This document shows positions 39,010 to 49,665 of a stretch of DNA of 64,000 bases, one piece after another (within the stretch, counting starts at the first letter, position 1; each line of letters begins with the position of its first letter). Made by a program: the position numbers and the translations under genes. The stretch spans positions 2,528,001-2,592,000 of the forward strand of contig OZ241329.1 in the NCBI GenBank assembly GCA_965199825.1, written 5' to 3'. Below the pieces are notes generated by a model. It did no database searches, was not told the DNA's origin, and was given only the letters and a program-made list of their open reading frames with translations. Source of the DNA: Bdellovibrionales bacterium. Lineage in GTDB: Bacteria > Bdellovibrionota > Bdellovibrionia > Bdellovibrionales > UBA1609.

Positions 39010-40545
39010 CTATTGGATGCTTTCTTTTTTTGTGGTTCTTCCAACCTCACTTAAACCGGCTCCTTCATAGTCCCTCAAACACTCTTTACTCTTGGACTCG
39101 CAACAGAACTTGGCATCGGGAATAAATAATTTTAGTTTGCGATACTCTTCAACAATGAGGTTCGAGATACCAAGATTGCTGGTGACATCCTCAGAGCGAC
39201 CGGCAAATTTAAAGTTGCGAACTTCTAAACCATTTTCGGTTGTTAAAATTTTGGTGATATTTTTTTGATCATTCATCTCGACTTTATATTGAAGGCGTCT
39301 TTGGGTTTTTGGATCGACCGTATTGAGTAAAAACTGGTGATCATTGGTGCAGGTCAATTGTTCAAATTGAGGTTGCGAAAAAAAATGATCATAAAGATCT
39401 TTGTAGTATTGGCAAATCTCCTTATTTTTTAAAACCTCCACTTGTTCTTGTTCGGTCAAAACCAAAAATTCATCTATTTGCTGGTTGATTTCAAATTTTG
39501 GAGCACAGTGATTGTTGGGATCAAGATTGACGTAAGATTGCGACTCACAGCCAATGCCATTCGTCCCGAGCAAGGTAGAGGCAAAACGTATACTGAGCCC
39601 AACCACACCTCCCAGTAACAGTAACGATTTGCTTCCGCCTGTTTTTGCAAGTGCGATTGCCGACGAATAGGCGTGGCTCAAAATTTGATTTTCGATTTGG
39701 TCGAGAATGACACTTCCTGTTTTGAACAGAATTTTTACTTTTTGCTCTTCGATCAACGCAATTTTTTTAAGGGCTGCACGTTGCTCTAAAGTGGACCATC
39801 GATTGGTTAAGCCAGAATTAATTTCATCCAAAAAAGGTTCATCAAGTGGAAGGCCTTGAATAATTCGTTGCCGAATCTTTCTCGCATTGGAGCTTACAGA
39901 AAAACGACTGGCTTCTTGTATTGCTTGAGGAAGATTGTCGAAATCGGTGTTGGCGATGTCATACGTGCGCCCCATTAGAGGTAAGAAATAGGGCTCGTAA
40001 AGTGGTTGATCAGGATCGGCGTTATCTCTTCTTTGTCGAATGACTGATCGAGAGCGGAGCAAGTTTTTGCGCTCAGAATCAACATCTTGTTCATGAGGAT
40101 CAAGGTCAGCAATGTCTTGCAAGTAATCACTGTGGCGAGCCGCCATGATATCGGCTCGAGATCCTCGCGATTGGATCGATATACTTAAAGCCCGCATATT
40201 TGTTTGTTGTTGTGAGAGGTGTTCAATCTCGTGATCAATTTCTAACAGTCTTAAAGATGGATTTTCGATAAGTCGAGACTTGCGCCATTCGTCGTGAAGG
40301 AGACTTGCCATCTTGTGGCTTAACAAATCGCGGGCCTCGCTCATCAGCTGGTCATACTGGGATGTCAGTGCTGGGGCCGTGCTGCGGCCAGAAACCTGCG
40401 CACCCAATCCACCGCAAGCTTCGAGCGATGTCGAAGCTTGGCAGGACACAAAACTTTTTATTTGGTTAAGACCTTTGATGTTTTGGCAAAATGAACCCGG
40501 GGCTGCAAACGAAGCTAAATGAGTTAAGTAGAATAAGATAAACAT
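39010..40545 (-). CDS. Secreted hypothetical protein (Cys pairs, coiled coil, RyR-repeat-like motifs)
   Basis: Signal peptide; LHDEWRKSR and DIANTDFDNLP segments. Confidence 0.6.
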   Translation of the reverse strand: MFILFYLTHLASFAAPGSFCQNIKGLNQIKSFVSCQASTSLEACGGLGAQVSGRSTAPALTSQYDQLMSEARDLLSHKMASLLHDEWRKSRLIENPSLRLLEIDHEIEHLSQQQTNMRALSISIQSRGSRADIMAARHSDYLQDIADLDPHEQDVDSERKNLLRSRSVIRQRRDNADPDQPLYEPYFLPLMGRTYDIANTDFDNLPQAIQEASRFSVSSNARKIRQRIIQGLPLDEPFLDEINSGLTNRWSTLEQRAALKKIALIEEQKVKILFKTGSVILDQIENQILSHAYSSAIALAKTGGSKSLLLLGGVVGLSIRFASTLLGTNGIGCESQSYVNLDPNNHCAPKFEINQQIDEFLVLTEQEQVEVLKNKEICQYYKDLYDHFFSQPQFEQLTCTNDHQFLLNTVDPKTQRRLQYKVEMNDQKNITKILTTENGLEVRNFKFAGRSEDVTSNLGISNLIVEEYRKLKLFIPDAKFCCESKSKECLRDYEGAGLSEVGRTTKKESIQ

Positions 40546-40548
40546 ACC

Positions 40549-41118
40549 TTATTTTAAAATACGAAGAGCAGAATAGATATCACTAGCCGGGTATTTAAAT
40601 GCGGCACGTCTTTCATATTTTTCTAAGCCATAAAATTTGACAAATGTTCGCCCCAGAAAATCCTTAAAGCCCCTTCCAAAAGTGAGCTCAATATTGACTT
40701 CCTTGAATGTTCCGTCGACCTGGCCTTTGAGATAATTTTCGTTTGTGATGGTGTTGGTCCACAGGGCAGACAGATGTCTTTTGTGAGTAGGGTCGCGGTA
40801 AGAATTGGCCGAGGTAAAATGAGGCACAGCCAAAATTGCAAGCCCCTGAGGTTGGACTATGCGATGTAGATTTTTAAAAAATGTCAGTGGATGTTGAATA
40901 TGTTCAAAAACTTGGTGAGCCAAGACGACATCAAATCGGTTGTCCTCAATATCCCACTGGTCTTCGTCAAGATCTTGAATTTGATCGACCTCAGGAAATT
41001 GAAATGAATCGACACCAAAACTTTTTGGAAATTTCTTAGGCCCACATCCAAGATCGCAAATTTTAATTTGGGACTCGTTTTTTAATATCTGCGACACATA
41101 ATGATGAAAGCTGGTCAT
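40549..41118 (-). CDS. Class I SAM-dependent methyltransferase
   Basis: DLGCG, FDVV..HQVFEH, DPTHKR; probable start MTSF. Confidence 0.85.
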   Translation of the reverse strand: MTSFHHYVSQILKNESQIKICDLGCGPKKFPKSFGVDSFQFPEVDQIQDLDEDQWDIEDNRFDVVLAHQVFEHIQHPLTFFKNLHRIVQPQGLAILAVPHFTSANSYRDPTHKRHLSALWTNTITNENYLKGQVDGTFKEVNIELTFGRGFKDFLGRTFVKFYGLEKYERRAAFKYPASDIYSALRILK

Positions 41119-41870
41119 AGAGTTATGGTTTCCTTTGGAGTTGCAGTCCAAAACCAAGATAAAAGCGGATCAAGATCCACACTGTCGATAGTTTGAATAT
41201 CTAAAAAATCAAATTGGTTTCGATCAAGGTTTTTGGGGCCGATTGTTACAAAACGCTGCACCAAGAATTTTTCGGCAAGCAAAGTGATGGCAGATTTAAG
41301 ATCCGCACCAGGCATATCCAGCGGATGGTAGCTCAGATCAGATTTTTGAAATGCTTGAAAAGGCAGATTCATGTCGTTGTCATCTTCGGCAATTGAAAGC
41401 GGGCGGATCGTGCGCATGCCTGGACTTTGCAAAACCATATCAAAAAAACTTTTTTCGCCGCTCGCAACTTCCACTGGTGAATCTGCGGATAAGGTTCCAA
41501 TTAAAAAATCGGGATAAGAATTTTGGCGCAAGTATCTTTGGTAAAGACCGATTTGCACCACTGCAACACTAAGACGCCGAAGCTGAAAGTGATTTAGAAA
41601 ATGAACGTCTTCGCTCAGTAAAAAATTGGCAAGATCGAATCCGCCAATGCCTTGATTATCATAGATTTGCTGAGTTTCATAAATGCACTTCATCACCTCA
41701 GGAATTCGAGTGGCCTTCGATCGAATACTAAATTGATCAAGGCAATCTCCAATTTGAAAGATGACACAGTCCCTCATTATGTCTTTCCCACTTTGCAACT
41801 CCCCGTGGTCGTCCATATCAACAAAACTTCGAACCGACAACCTCGACTTCCGTCTTGCCATCTGCAACAC
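41115..41870 (-). CDS. Hypothetical protein, possibly a degenerate FabD/acyltransferase-like fold
   Basis: VVQIGLY..YL....PDFLIG and FVTIGP resemble FabD segments, but GHSxG is absent. Confidence 0.5.
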   Translation of the reverse strand: MLQMARRKSRLSVRSFVDMDDHGELQSGKDIMRDCVIFQIGDCLDQFSIRSKATRIPEVMKCIYETQQIYDNQGIGGFDLANFLLSEDVHFLNHFQLRRLSVAVVQIGLYQRYLRQNSYPDFLIGTLSADSPVEVASGEKSFFDMVLQSPGMRTIRPLSIAEDDNDMNLPFQAFQKSDLSYHPLDMPGADLKSAITLLAEKFLVQRFVTIGPKNLDRNQFDFLDIQTIDSVDLDPLLSWFWTATPKETITL

Positions 41871-41910
41871 TTGTGGCCAGGAAAAATTTTAAACAGTTAA
41901 ACTAAGGTCG

Positions 41911-42831
41911 ATGGCACTTAATTTTCGCAACTGGTTGACCTCATTAAAAAAAGGTCGACCGCCTCTTGAAGGCGCCTACATTTACATTCTCTCACTCTTG
42001 ATCGGATATTGGATTTCTGATCTAACTCTTATTTCTATCAGACCAGCGATGCTTCCAACCAAAGCCCCACCAGGCCGACCGCAGCGCGGGCGCAGTGATC
42101 GTGCACTCTCGCGTCAGGACTACAACTCTATTGTCGATCGAAATATTTTTACTCTCGATGGACAAATCCCCCCGCCTCTCTCGGTTGATGGAACAAGTAA
42201 TGGCAATGATGAAGTTCCGGCTGTTTTGTCGCAACTTCCGCTGACACTTCAGGGAACCATCGTTCACGCAAACCCTATCAAGTCGGTTGCAACAGTTTTG
42301 CTAAAGAGCCGAAATCTTTCAAAAGCTTTTCGTGTGAATGAAGAGATCGAAGGTGTCGCGAAAGTGACAAAAGTAGAGCGCACACGCGTTACATTTCGCA
42401 ATCTCAACAACTCGCGACTCGAATACATCGAGATCGTATCAGATGTTAAAATCAATTTTGGTATGAATCAAAAGCATGATGACGTTGAAGCACGCGGAGA
42501 TTTTGATTTTGCCTTAAAGCGCGATGATGTTAAAAAATATACCGCGGATTTGTCGGCGGTTTTAAATCAAGCACGGATGATCCCAAACGTTGTACCAGGT
42601 ACGGGTGGTCGGGTTGAGGGATTTCGATTCGTCAACATTCAAGCCGGAAGTATCTATGAGAAATTGGGATTTAAACCTGACGATGTGATCAAAGGTGTAA
42701 ATGGTGAGTCGGTAAATTCGCCAACCAAAGCGATGGAACTTTATCAGACGCTTAAAACAGACAATAAAATTTCACTCACGATCGAACGCAACGGCAAAGA
42801 AGAAACTTTTCAATACACAGTGACTGAATAA
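41911..42831 (+). CDS. gspC: Type II secretion protein C (PDZ-containing)
   Basis: TM, RNIF, LTLQGT, C-terminal PDZ (LGFKPDDVIKGVNG); first gene of the gsp cluster. Confidence 0.88.
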   Translation: MALNFRNWLTSLKKGRPPLEGAYIYILSLLIGYWISDLTLISIRPAMLPTKAPPGRPQRGRSDRALSRQDYNSIVDRNIFTLDGQIPPPLSVDGTSNGNDEVPAVLSQLPLTLQGTIVHANPIKSVATVLLKSRNLSKAFRVNEEIEGVAKVTKVERTRVTFRNLNNSRLEYIEIVSDVKINFGMNQKHDDVEARGDFDFALKRDDVKKYTADLSAVLNQARMIPNVVPGTGGRVEGFRFVNIQAGSIYEKLGFKPDDVIKGVNGESVNSPTKAMELYQTLKTDNKISLTIERNGKEETFQYTVTE

Positions 42832-42847
42832 ACGAAAGGCATCAGCT

Positions 42848-45085
42848 ATGATTCTCCGCTCGGTTTTAATATTTTCTACGGCAAGCGCATGGGCGCAAAT
42901 ACCGATGAAAAAGCCGACGCCTGCGCCTTCAAAAGGCCCTTTGGTAAGTTCAAAAACAAAGATGCCTTTTTCAAAAGCTCAGCCCGAAGATATTACCAAC
43001 GAAAATTTTCCCGACTTGATCGAAAGTTTTGATTACAACAACGCCGAGATTGGCGATGTGATCGAAGCGATTTCAAAATTGACAGGCAAAAACTTTATTG
43101 TCGACCCTCAAGTGCGCGGAAAAATAACTATTCTTGCGCCTTCGCAAATCACAGTGGCCGAAGCTTATCGGGCTTTTTTATCGGCGCTGGCCATTAATGG
43201 TTTTACGGTTGTGCCTTACGGAAATTTCTTAAAAGTGATGTCCACACGAAACGCCCAACGTTCAAGTATTGAGACCTACTCTGGCAATTATTTTCCCGAC
43301 TCGGATCAACTGATTACCCGAATCATTCGTCTCAAATATATTAGTGCAGACGAAGTAAATAAAAATTTAAGAATCTTAAATTCCAAAGACGGTGAGATGG
43401 TGCCCTACCCTCCCACCAACTCCCTCATCATTACCGATTTTGGATCCAACATCGATCGGGTGATGAAGATTGTGACCCAACTCGATGTTCCAGGTTTTGA
43501 GGAACGACTTGAAGTGGTGCGAATCCGATTTGCACGCTCAAAAGACATTGCCGATATGATCACCAAAATTATCAATAAGGGTGATCCTAATGCGGGCAAT
43601 CGTTTTGCACCGGGCATTCCGCGATTTCGTCAACCTGGCGAAGGCGGCACAGGAGGCAATGCCGAGAGTTATTCGCTCGTTGTTTCTGATGACCGCATCA
43701 ATTCTATAATTGTTGTTGGAAATAAAGCGGGCATCGAAAAAATTCGAAAACTTGTTTCGCAACTCGATTTTAGATTGCGCCCCGAAGATCGCGGCGGAGT
43801 GACGGTTTATCACGTCAAACACACCGAAGCCGAAAAGTTGGCCACCACCTTAAACGGAATAGCTGCAGATTCTAAAAAAGCCCAAGACACCGCAAATCCT
43901 GCAGCAGGTGGCGCGGGCGGCGCAATCGCAGCGCCACGTCCTGGCCAAGAAGCGGGAGCACTCTCTGCTCAAGCGGTTTTTGGAAATGATGTGAAATTCA
44001 CCGCAGACAAAGTGACCAATAGTATTTTGATCACCGCAAGCCGCCAAGATTATGAAATTATAAAAAGCATTTTATCAAAAATCGACGTGCCTCGCGATCA
44101 GGTTTTTGTCAAAGGGGTGATCATGGAAATGAAAGTCACCGAAAATCTCAATTGGGGTGTGAACTATTATAAATTTTTACCCGACACCAACGGCATTGGC
44201 CGAATGGGATTTCGAACCGGTGACATCAACAATTTAATCAATCCTGCAAGTGATAGCGGTGGAGTTTTGGGTTTTGGACTTGGTGCGATCACCAGCATTA
44301 TGATTCCTGGAGCACCTGGGGGCACATCAACAACCGGGGCAACAACCGCTGCTGGAACTTACAATGTTTCGAGTTTAACCGGTCTCGTGAAATTTTTTAA
44401 AACAAACGCCCAGGCCAATGTTTTGTCCACCCCTCAAGTGATGGCTTTAAATAATGAAGAAGCGATGATCGAAGTGGGGGATAAAATTCCGGTGGCACGA
44501 AATAACGTGCAGACCTCAACGGGTGTAAACACAAACAGTGTAGAACGCCAAGATGTCACAATTAAGCTTGAGCTCACTCCTTATATTTCGCCCGATACTG
44601 ATATTGTCCAATTAAAGATCAACCAAAGTGCCGATGGTCTATCTTCGTACACGCCAAAAGCGAGTCAATTGGCCGACACCGCAATCGCAACCACCACGCG
44701 CAAAATCAAAACCCAAATCATTGTGCATTCTGGAGATACCGCAGTTTTAGGCGGGCTGATGAAGGATGAAGACAATGAGAACATCACCAAAGTTCCGATC
44801 TTGGGAGATATTCCGATTTTGGGTTGGCTCTTTAAAAGTAAAAGCAATGATCGCCAAAAAGTGAACCTGATGGTTTTTTTATCGCCGACGATTGTTCGCA
44901 ATATGGAAGATAACGCTAAAGTGATGAACGGTAAAATTAATGAACGTATTGATTTTATTCAACGCTCGGCGAGTGGTCGCGATCCTTATGGAGAATATAT
45001 TGATTCACTTCCAAGACGCGCGGTTGGAGATGATTTAAAGAAAAAACCAGAGAGCGAAGAAGAACCAGAAACCGAAACTTTCTAA
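42848..45085 (+). CDS. gspD: Type II secretion secretin D
   Basis: TGKNFIVDPQVRGKITI, NVLSTPQ, KVPILGDIPILGWLFKS. Confidence 0.96.
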   Translation: MILRSVLIFSTASAWAQIPMKKPTPAPSKGPLVSSKTKMPFSKAQPEDITNENFPDLIESFDYNNAEIGDVIEAISKLTGKNFIVDPQVRGKITILAPSQITVAEAYRAFLSALAINGFTVVPYGNFLKVMSTRNAQRSSIETYSGNYFPDSDQLITRIIRLKYISADEVNKNLRILNSKDGEMVPYPPTNSLIITDFGSNIDRVMKIVTQLDVPGFEERLEVVRIRFARSKDIADMITKIINKGDPNAGNRFAPGIPRFRQPGEGGTGGNAESYSLVVSDDRINSIIVVGNKAGIEKIRKLVSQLDFRLRPEDRGGVTVYHVKHTEAEKLATTLNGIAADSKKAQDTANPAAGGAGGAIAAPRPGQEAGALSAQAVFGNDVKFTADKVTNSILITASRQDYEIIKSILSKIDVPRDQVFVKGVIMEMKVTENLNWGVNYYKFLPDTNGIGRMGFRTGDINNLINPASDSGGVLGFGLGAITSIMIPGAPGGTSTTGATTAAGTYNVSSLTGLVKFFKTNAQANVLSTPQVMALNNEEAMIEVGDKIPVARNNVQTSTGVNTNSVERQDVTIKLELTPYISPDTDIVQLKINQSADGLSSYTPKASQLADTAIATTTRKIKTQIIVHSGDTAVLGGLMKDEDNENITKVPILGDIPILGWLFKSKSNDRQKVNLMVFLSPTIVRNMEDNAKVMNGKINERIDFIQRSASGRDPYGEYIDSLPRRAVGDDLKKKPESEEEPETETF

Positions 45086-45148
45086 AGCTGGCCTCCTTCA
45101 TTGTTATTTTGATTGAAATGGATGATTTGTTTCATCTAGGCTTTAGAC

Positions 45149-45652
45149 GTGGTGAAAATCGCAATCCTCTTATTCGGAATTTATTTTGCTCAACAATCTG
45201 GAGCTGCGGAGATTCGTCTTTTTTCGAGAGATTTTAGAGTTGTCTCCTTAGTTAATCCCAAGGGCTATATCGATACCGATGACTTTGTTTTGATTATGGC
45301 AAAACTGGATAAAATTTTTAAGTGCGAAGATCTTTTGTGGGATGCCCATAAACTGACGCTTCTTGTCCCCTCCAGCCAAACCAAAATAGAACTGGGCCGG
45401 CGAGCGCCAAGCTTTTTTTACGATATCAAAAACACAGATGACATCACCACCATTCGAATTTTTATTGGTGGAAACATTTTTGCGATGGATTTTGAAAGGA
45501 TGTCTTTTGGTAGAATCAAAATTTATTATCAAGGCGATGATGAGCCCAGATTTGAAGTCGAAAACAAGGCGATACAACAACCCTTTACCAACATTTTTCA
45601 ATTCTCTAAGCCTAGCGATCCATCAAGTCCAAAGGTGAACCTGACCTTATAA
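45149..45652 (+). CDS. Secreted hypothetical protein inserted between gspD and gspE
   Basis: Signal-peptide-like N-terminus; no recognisable motif. Confidence 0.55.
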   Translation: MVKIAILLFGIYFAQQSGAAEIRLFSRDFRVVSLVNPKGYIDTDDFVLIMAKLDKIFKCEDLLWDAHKLTLLVPSSQTKIELGRRAPSFFYDIKNTDDITTIRIFIGGNIFAMDFERMSFGRIKIYYQGDDEPRFEVENKAIQQPFTNIFQFSKPSDPSSPKVNLTL

Positions 45653-45697
45653 AGTCGCAAGTTGTGACTTCAAGAACTCCTTGTTACACTTATCCGC

Positions 45698-47386
45698 ATG
45701 GCTGCAACATTCGAAATGCTTTTACTCAAAGGAACGAGCTTAACAAGCGATCAGCTCAAATCGGTACTCGGCATTATGAGCACCCAAGGTGAAACGATCG
45801 AGCAGCATCTCGCAAAAGGTCAATACACCACTCCTGAAGAAGTGTTGAGCGATCTGTGTAAACATGTTCATGTTGAATTCATAAAAGAAATTCCGGTGAA
45901 TGATATTCCTGTGGATCTCGTGAGAGATTTGCCGATCAATTATGCAAAAACTCAGGAAGTACTCCCCTATCGGATGGAAAATGAGCGACTTCTTGTCCTC
46001 ACCACCAATCCGCTTAAAACCAAAGCGCTCGATGATTTAAGGGTTAAGTTTAATAAACGAATTTATCCTTTGGTCACCACAAGCTCACGACTTCAAGATG
46101 CAATCAATCGTGTTTATGAAAAATCAACCGCCGCGCTTGAAGGCCTCGATGAAATCGAGTCCGAAGAATATGATCTCGACGATCCAGTTATAGATCTTTT
46201 AGAAGCGGGCGAAGATGATGCGCCTGTGATTAAGCTCGTAAACACTTTGCTTTTTAGAGCGGTAAAAGAAAAGGCATCTGACATTCATATTGAGCCTTAT
46301 GAGCGCGACATGGTGGTTCGGTTTCGGATAGATGGAATTTTATTTGATATTTTTAAGCCGCCAAAAAAATTGCAAAATGCCATCACCTCGCGGATCAAAG
46401 TGATGGGCAATCTCAACATTGCCGAAAAGCGATTGCCTCAAGATGGACGAATTCCTCTCAAACTTGCGGGTAAAGATATTGATGTGCGTTTGAGTTCGGT
46501 TCCCACCGCATTTGGTGAGCGCTTGGTGATGCGACTTCAGGATCGATCCAACGTGGTGCTTGAACTCGCAAGCCTCGGATTTTCTGAAGACTCCCTCGTA
46601 AAAATTGATCAACTGCTTACAAAAACTTACGGCATTATGTTGGTGACCGGACCCACAGGAAGCGGAAAATCCACAACCCTTTATGCTTCAATTTCAAAGA
46701 TCAACACGATCGATAAAAATATTATTACGGTTGAAGATCCGGTGGAGCAGCGCATTCACGGCATCGGTCAAATTCAGGTCAATTCAAAAATCGGTCTTAC
46801 TTTTGCGAATGGTTTGCGCTCGATCTTAAGACAAGATCCAAACGTGATTATGATCGGAGAGATTCGTGATCTCGAAACCGCAGAGATTGCGATCAATGCT
46901 TCACTTACGGGTCACTTGGTTTTATCCACCATTCACACCAATGATTCGGCAGGTGTTTTTCCTCGGCTCATTGATATGGGTTGTGAGCCATTTTTGATTG
47001 CAACATCATTGCTTGGAGTCGTGGCGCAGCGGTTGGTTCGACTGCTCTGTCCCCATTGTAAAGAGCCCTACACCCCAACAGAAGTGGATCTTGCCAGTTT
47101 AGAGCTCACTCGCGATCAGATTCGTGGAAAAAATATTCATCGTGCTGTTGGATGTGCCGAGTGCAATCAAAAAGGATATATTGGCCGAACGATTATTCAA
47201 GAAATGATGATGCTCAATGATGATCTGCGCTCGATGATCATGAAGCGCGAAGACGGCAACGCAATCAAAAAAGCGGCGGTACAAAAATTTGGGATGATCC
47301 CCTTTCGCCAACATGGAATTCAAAAAGTTTTAAGTGGCCTTACCACAATCGAAGAAGTTCTCACCAATACACAATTGGACGTTTAA
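45698..47386 (+). CDS. gspE: Type II secretion ATPase E
   Basis: ASDIHIEP, GPTGSGKSTT, LRQDPNVIMIGEIRD, TGHLVLST, CPHC/CAEC. Confidence 0.96.
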   Translation: MAATFEMLLLKGTSLTSDQLKSVLGIMSTQGETIEQHLAKGQYTTPEEVLSDLCKHVHVEFIKEIPVNDIPVDLVRDLPINYAKTQEVLPYRMENERLLVLTTNPLKTKALDDLRVKFNKRIYPLVTTSSRLQDAINRVYEKSTAALEGLDEIESEEYDLDDPVIDLLEAGEDDAPVIKLVNTLLFRAVKEKASDIHIEPYERDMVVRFRIDGILFDIFKPPKKLQNAITSRIKVMGNLNIAEKRLPQDGRIPLKLAGKDIDVRLSSVPTAFGERLVMRLQDRSNVVLELASLGFSEDSLVKIDQLLTKTYGIMLVTGPTGSGKSTTLYASISKINTIDKNIITVEDPVEQRIHGIGQIQVNSKIGLTFANGLRSILRQDPNVIMIGEIRDLETAEIAINASLTGHLVLSTIHTNDSAGVFPRLIDMGCEPFLIATSLLGVVAQRLVRLLCPHCKEPYTPTEVDLASLELTRDQIRGKNIHRAVGCAECNQKGYIGRTIIQEMMMLNDDLRSMIMKREDGNAIKKAAVQKFGMIPFRQHGIQKVLSGLTTIEEVLTNTQLDV

Positions 47387-47389
47387 TCT

Positions 47390-48610
47390 ATGCCAGTTTT
47401 TGAATACAAAGGCCTAAACAAAACCGGTAAGAACGTGCGCGGCACTATTGATGCCGAAAATGTGCGGACCGCAAAACTTCGTCTCAAAAAAGATGGAATC
47501 TTTGTGGTGGATTTAAAAGATCGCACCAAAATAGAAAAGCGTGGGAAAACCAAGAAATCGGTGGCCTCTCGCCGAGTCAGCGTGGAGGATCTCTCGCTTC
47601 TCACACGTCAGTTGGCCTCACTTCTTAAAGCCAATGTTCCTTTAGTTGATAGCCTTCAAGCGGTGAGCGAACAGATTGAAAATCCGATGCTCTCCGACGT
47701 CATGGCCGATATCAAAAATTCGGTGAACGAAGGTGGTGCTTTTCACAAAGCGCTCGCCAAGTATCCAAAAATATTTGATAGGATTTATATCACGATGTGC
47801 GAAGCCGGAGAGATGTCAGGAACACTTGATGTGATCTTGATGCGTCTTGCTGAATTCACAGAGTCGGCTTCTGAACTTCAGAGTAAGGTGCGCTCGGCAT
47901 TGATGTACCCGGTCTTGATGGTTGCATTTTCGTTATTGCTGCTCGCGGGTCTTTTTATTTATGTGATACCACAAATCGTTGCGGTGTTTGAGAGTGCTCC
48001 AGAGTTGAAGCTTCCATGGTACACATTAGGAGTTATCGCCATATCGGGTTATTTAGTAAACTACTGGCATGTGATTGGGATAAGCATCTTTTTGTCCTAT
48101 GTGGTTTTTCGCAACTGGAAAAATTCTGAAAATGGTCGAAAACAATGGGACGCTTTTTCGCTCAAGATGCCGGTGTTTGGAAAAATCAATCGCATTGTTG
48201 CGGTTTCAAGATTTACCAGAACACTTGCGACACTTTTAACCGGCGGTGTCCCCATGCTAACCGCGATGGGCATTGTGCGAAATGTTGTTGGCAATGAAAC
48301 CATAGCTGAGGCTTTGGATATTGCGCGCGACAATATTAGTGAAGGAGAATCGATTGCGGGTCCGCTTAAAAAATCGGGTCAATTTCCACCGATCGTGATT
48401 CACATGATCAACATTGGTGAAAAAACCGGTGAGCTTGAGCGCATGTTGGTACAGGTGAGTGACTCTTACGATTTTCAGGTGAAGAATTCGGTGGATGGGA
48501 TGACATCACTTTTAACCCCAGTGATGATCATCATGATGGGTGGCGTTATTGGGGTGATCGTATTTGCGATTATGGTTCCAATGTTTGAAATGTCGAACCT
48601 GGGCGGCTAA
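47390..48610 (+). CDS. gspF: Type II secretion platform protein F
   Basis: TRQLASLL, AGEMSGTL, ALMYP, GEKTGEL. Confidence 0.95.
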   Translation: MPVFEYKGLNKTGKNVRGTIDAENVRTAKLRLKKDGIFVVDLKDRTKIEKRGKTKKSVASRRVSVEDLSLLTRQLASLLKANVPLVDSLQAVSEQIENPMLSDVMADIKNSVNEGGAFHKALAKYPKIFDRIYITMCEAGEMSGTLDVILMRLAEFTESASELQSKVRSALMYPVLMVAFSLLLLAGLFIYVIPQIVAVFESAPELKLPWYTLGVIAISGYLVNYWHVIGISIFLSYVVFRNWKNSENGRKQWDAFSLKMPVFGKINRIVAVSRFTRTLATLLTGGVPMLTAMGIVRNVVGNETIAEALDIARDNISEGESIAGPLKKSGQFPPIVIHMINIGEKTGELERMLVQVSDSYDFQVKNSVDGMTSLLTPVMIIMMGGVIGVIVFAIMVPMFEMSNLGG

Positions 48611-48647
48611 ACTTCCCAGTGAAATTTATTTTGGAGGCAACTTGAAA

Positions 48648-49058
48648 ATGATCAGAAATTCTCGCGGTATGACCCTTGTTGAAATCATGGTGGTGCTTGC
48701 AATCATCGGCGGTCTTATTGGGATCTTAGCCGGAACAGTGAACAAACAATTTAAAAAAGCGCGCACCAAACAAGCTCGGATTCAGATTTCAGAGATTGGC
48801 AAATCTCTTGATCTTTATCTCACCGACTGTGGATCCTACCCCACCACCGAACAAGGCTTGCAAGCACTCGTCGAGCAACCCTCGGATTGTAAAAACTGGG
48901 GACCCGATGCGTACATTAAAAAAGTTCCCACCGATCCTTGGGGAGCCCCTTTTATTTATGAGCTGCGCGGCAATAGTTTTGTTTTAAAATCTCTTGGTGA
49001 TGACAAAAAAGAAGGCGGATCTGGAACAGCGGCTGACATCTCTAGCGACGACAACTAA
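48648..49058 (+). CDS. gspG: Major pseudopilin G
   Basis: GMTLVEIMVV, YPTTEQGLQAL, DPWG; GGAGG SD upstream. Confidence 0.95.
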   Translation: MIRNSRGMTLVEIMVVLAIIGGLIGILAGTVNKQFKKARTKQARIQISEIGKSLDLYLTDCGSYPTTEQGLQALVEQPSDCKNWGPDAYIKKVPTDPWGAPFIYELRGNSFVLKSLGDDKKEGGSGTAADISSDDN

Positions 49059-49665
49059 AGGATTTACCCTCGTTGAGATTATGGTCGTAGTGGCCATAAT
49101 CGCAGCGGTGGTTGCGATTCTTATTCCGCGTATTGATAATAAAAATAATAAAATGAAGGCAGCGGTTCGTCGCTTTTCTGCATTAACTCGCGAACTTCAC
49201 ACACGAGCAAAACTAAAAGGCACAACCTATCGTTTGGCGATCGATCTCAAAGATGGATCCGAAACCCAAACCACGCAGCAGTACTGGGTCGAGCGATCCA
49301 ATGCGACAGTGATTTTGAGTGAAAAAGACGAAAAGGCATTTAAAGATGATCTTAAAAATCTTCGTCAGGACGAAAAAAAGCCAAAGGATCTTTATGGATT
49401 TGAATTGGACTCGACCATTATTAAAGGTGTGCAAGAGATCAAGGTGCCTCTGAGAATCATCTCGGTTGAAAAAAAAGGCTACAAAGATATCTTCAACTCG
49501 GGCCTTGCTTACATTTATTTTTTTCCCCAAGGACTTTCAGAAGAAGCGATCATCCAACTCAAAGCGGGTGAAAATTTGCAATGGAGTTTGGCGGTTCAAC
49601 CGCTCACCGGAAAATCAGATGTGGTCTCAAGACTGATCACACTTAAAGATTTGATCCAGCAGTGA
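48994..49665 (+). CDS. gspH: Minor pseudopilin H
   Basis: KGFTLVEIMVV prepilin motif, YFFPQG; start uncertain. Confidence 0.8.
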   Translation: MVMTKKKADLEQRLTSLATTTKGFTLVEIMVVVAIIAAVVAILIPRIDNKNNKMKAAVRRFSALTRELHTRAKLKGTTYRLAIDLKDGSETQTTQQYWVERSNATVILSEKDEKAFKDDLKNLRQDEKKPKDLYGFELDSTIIKGVQEIKVPLRIISVEKKGYKDIFNSGLAYIYFFPQGLSEEAIIQLKAGENLQWSLAVQPLTGKSDVVSRLITLKDLIQQ

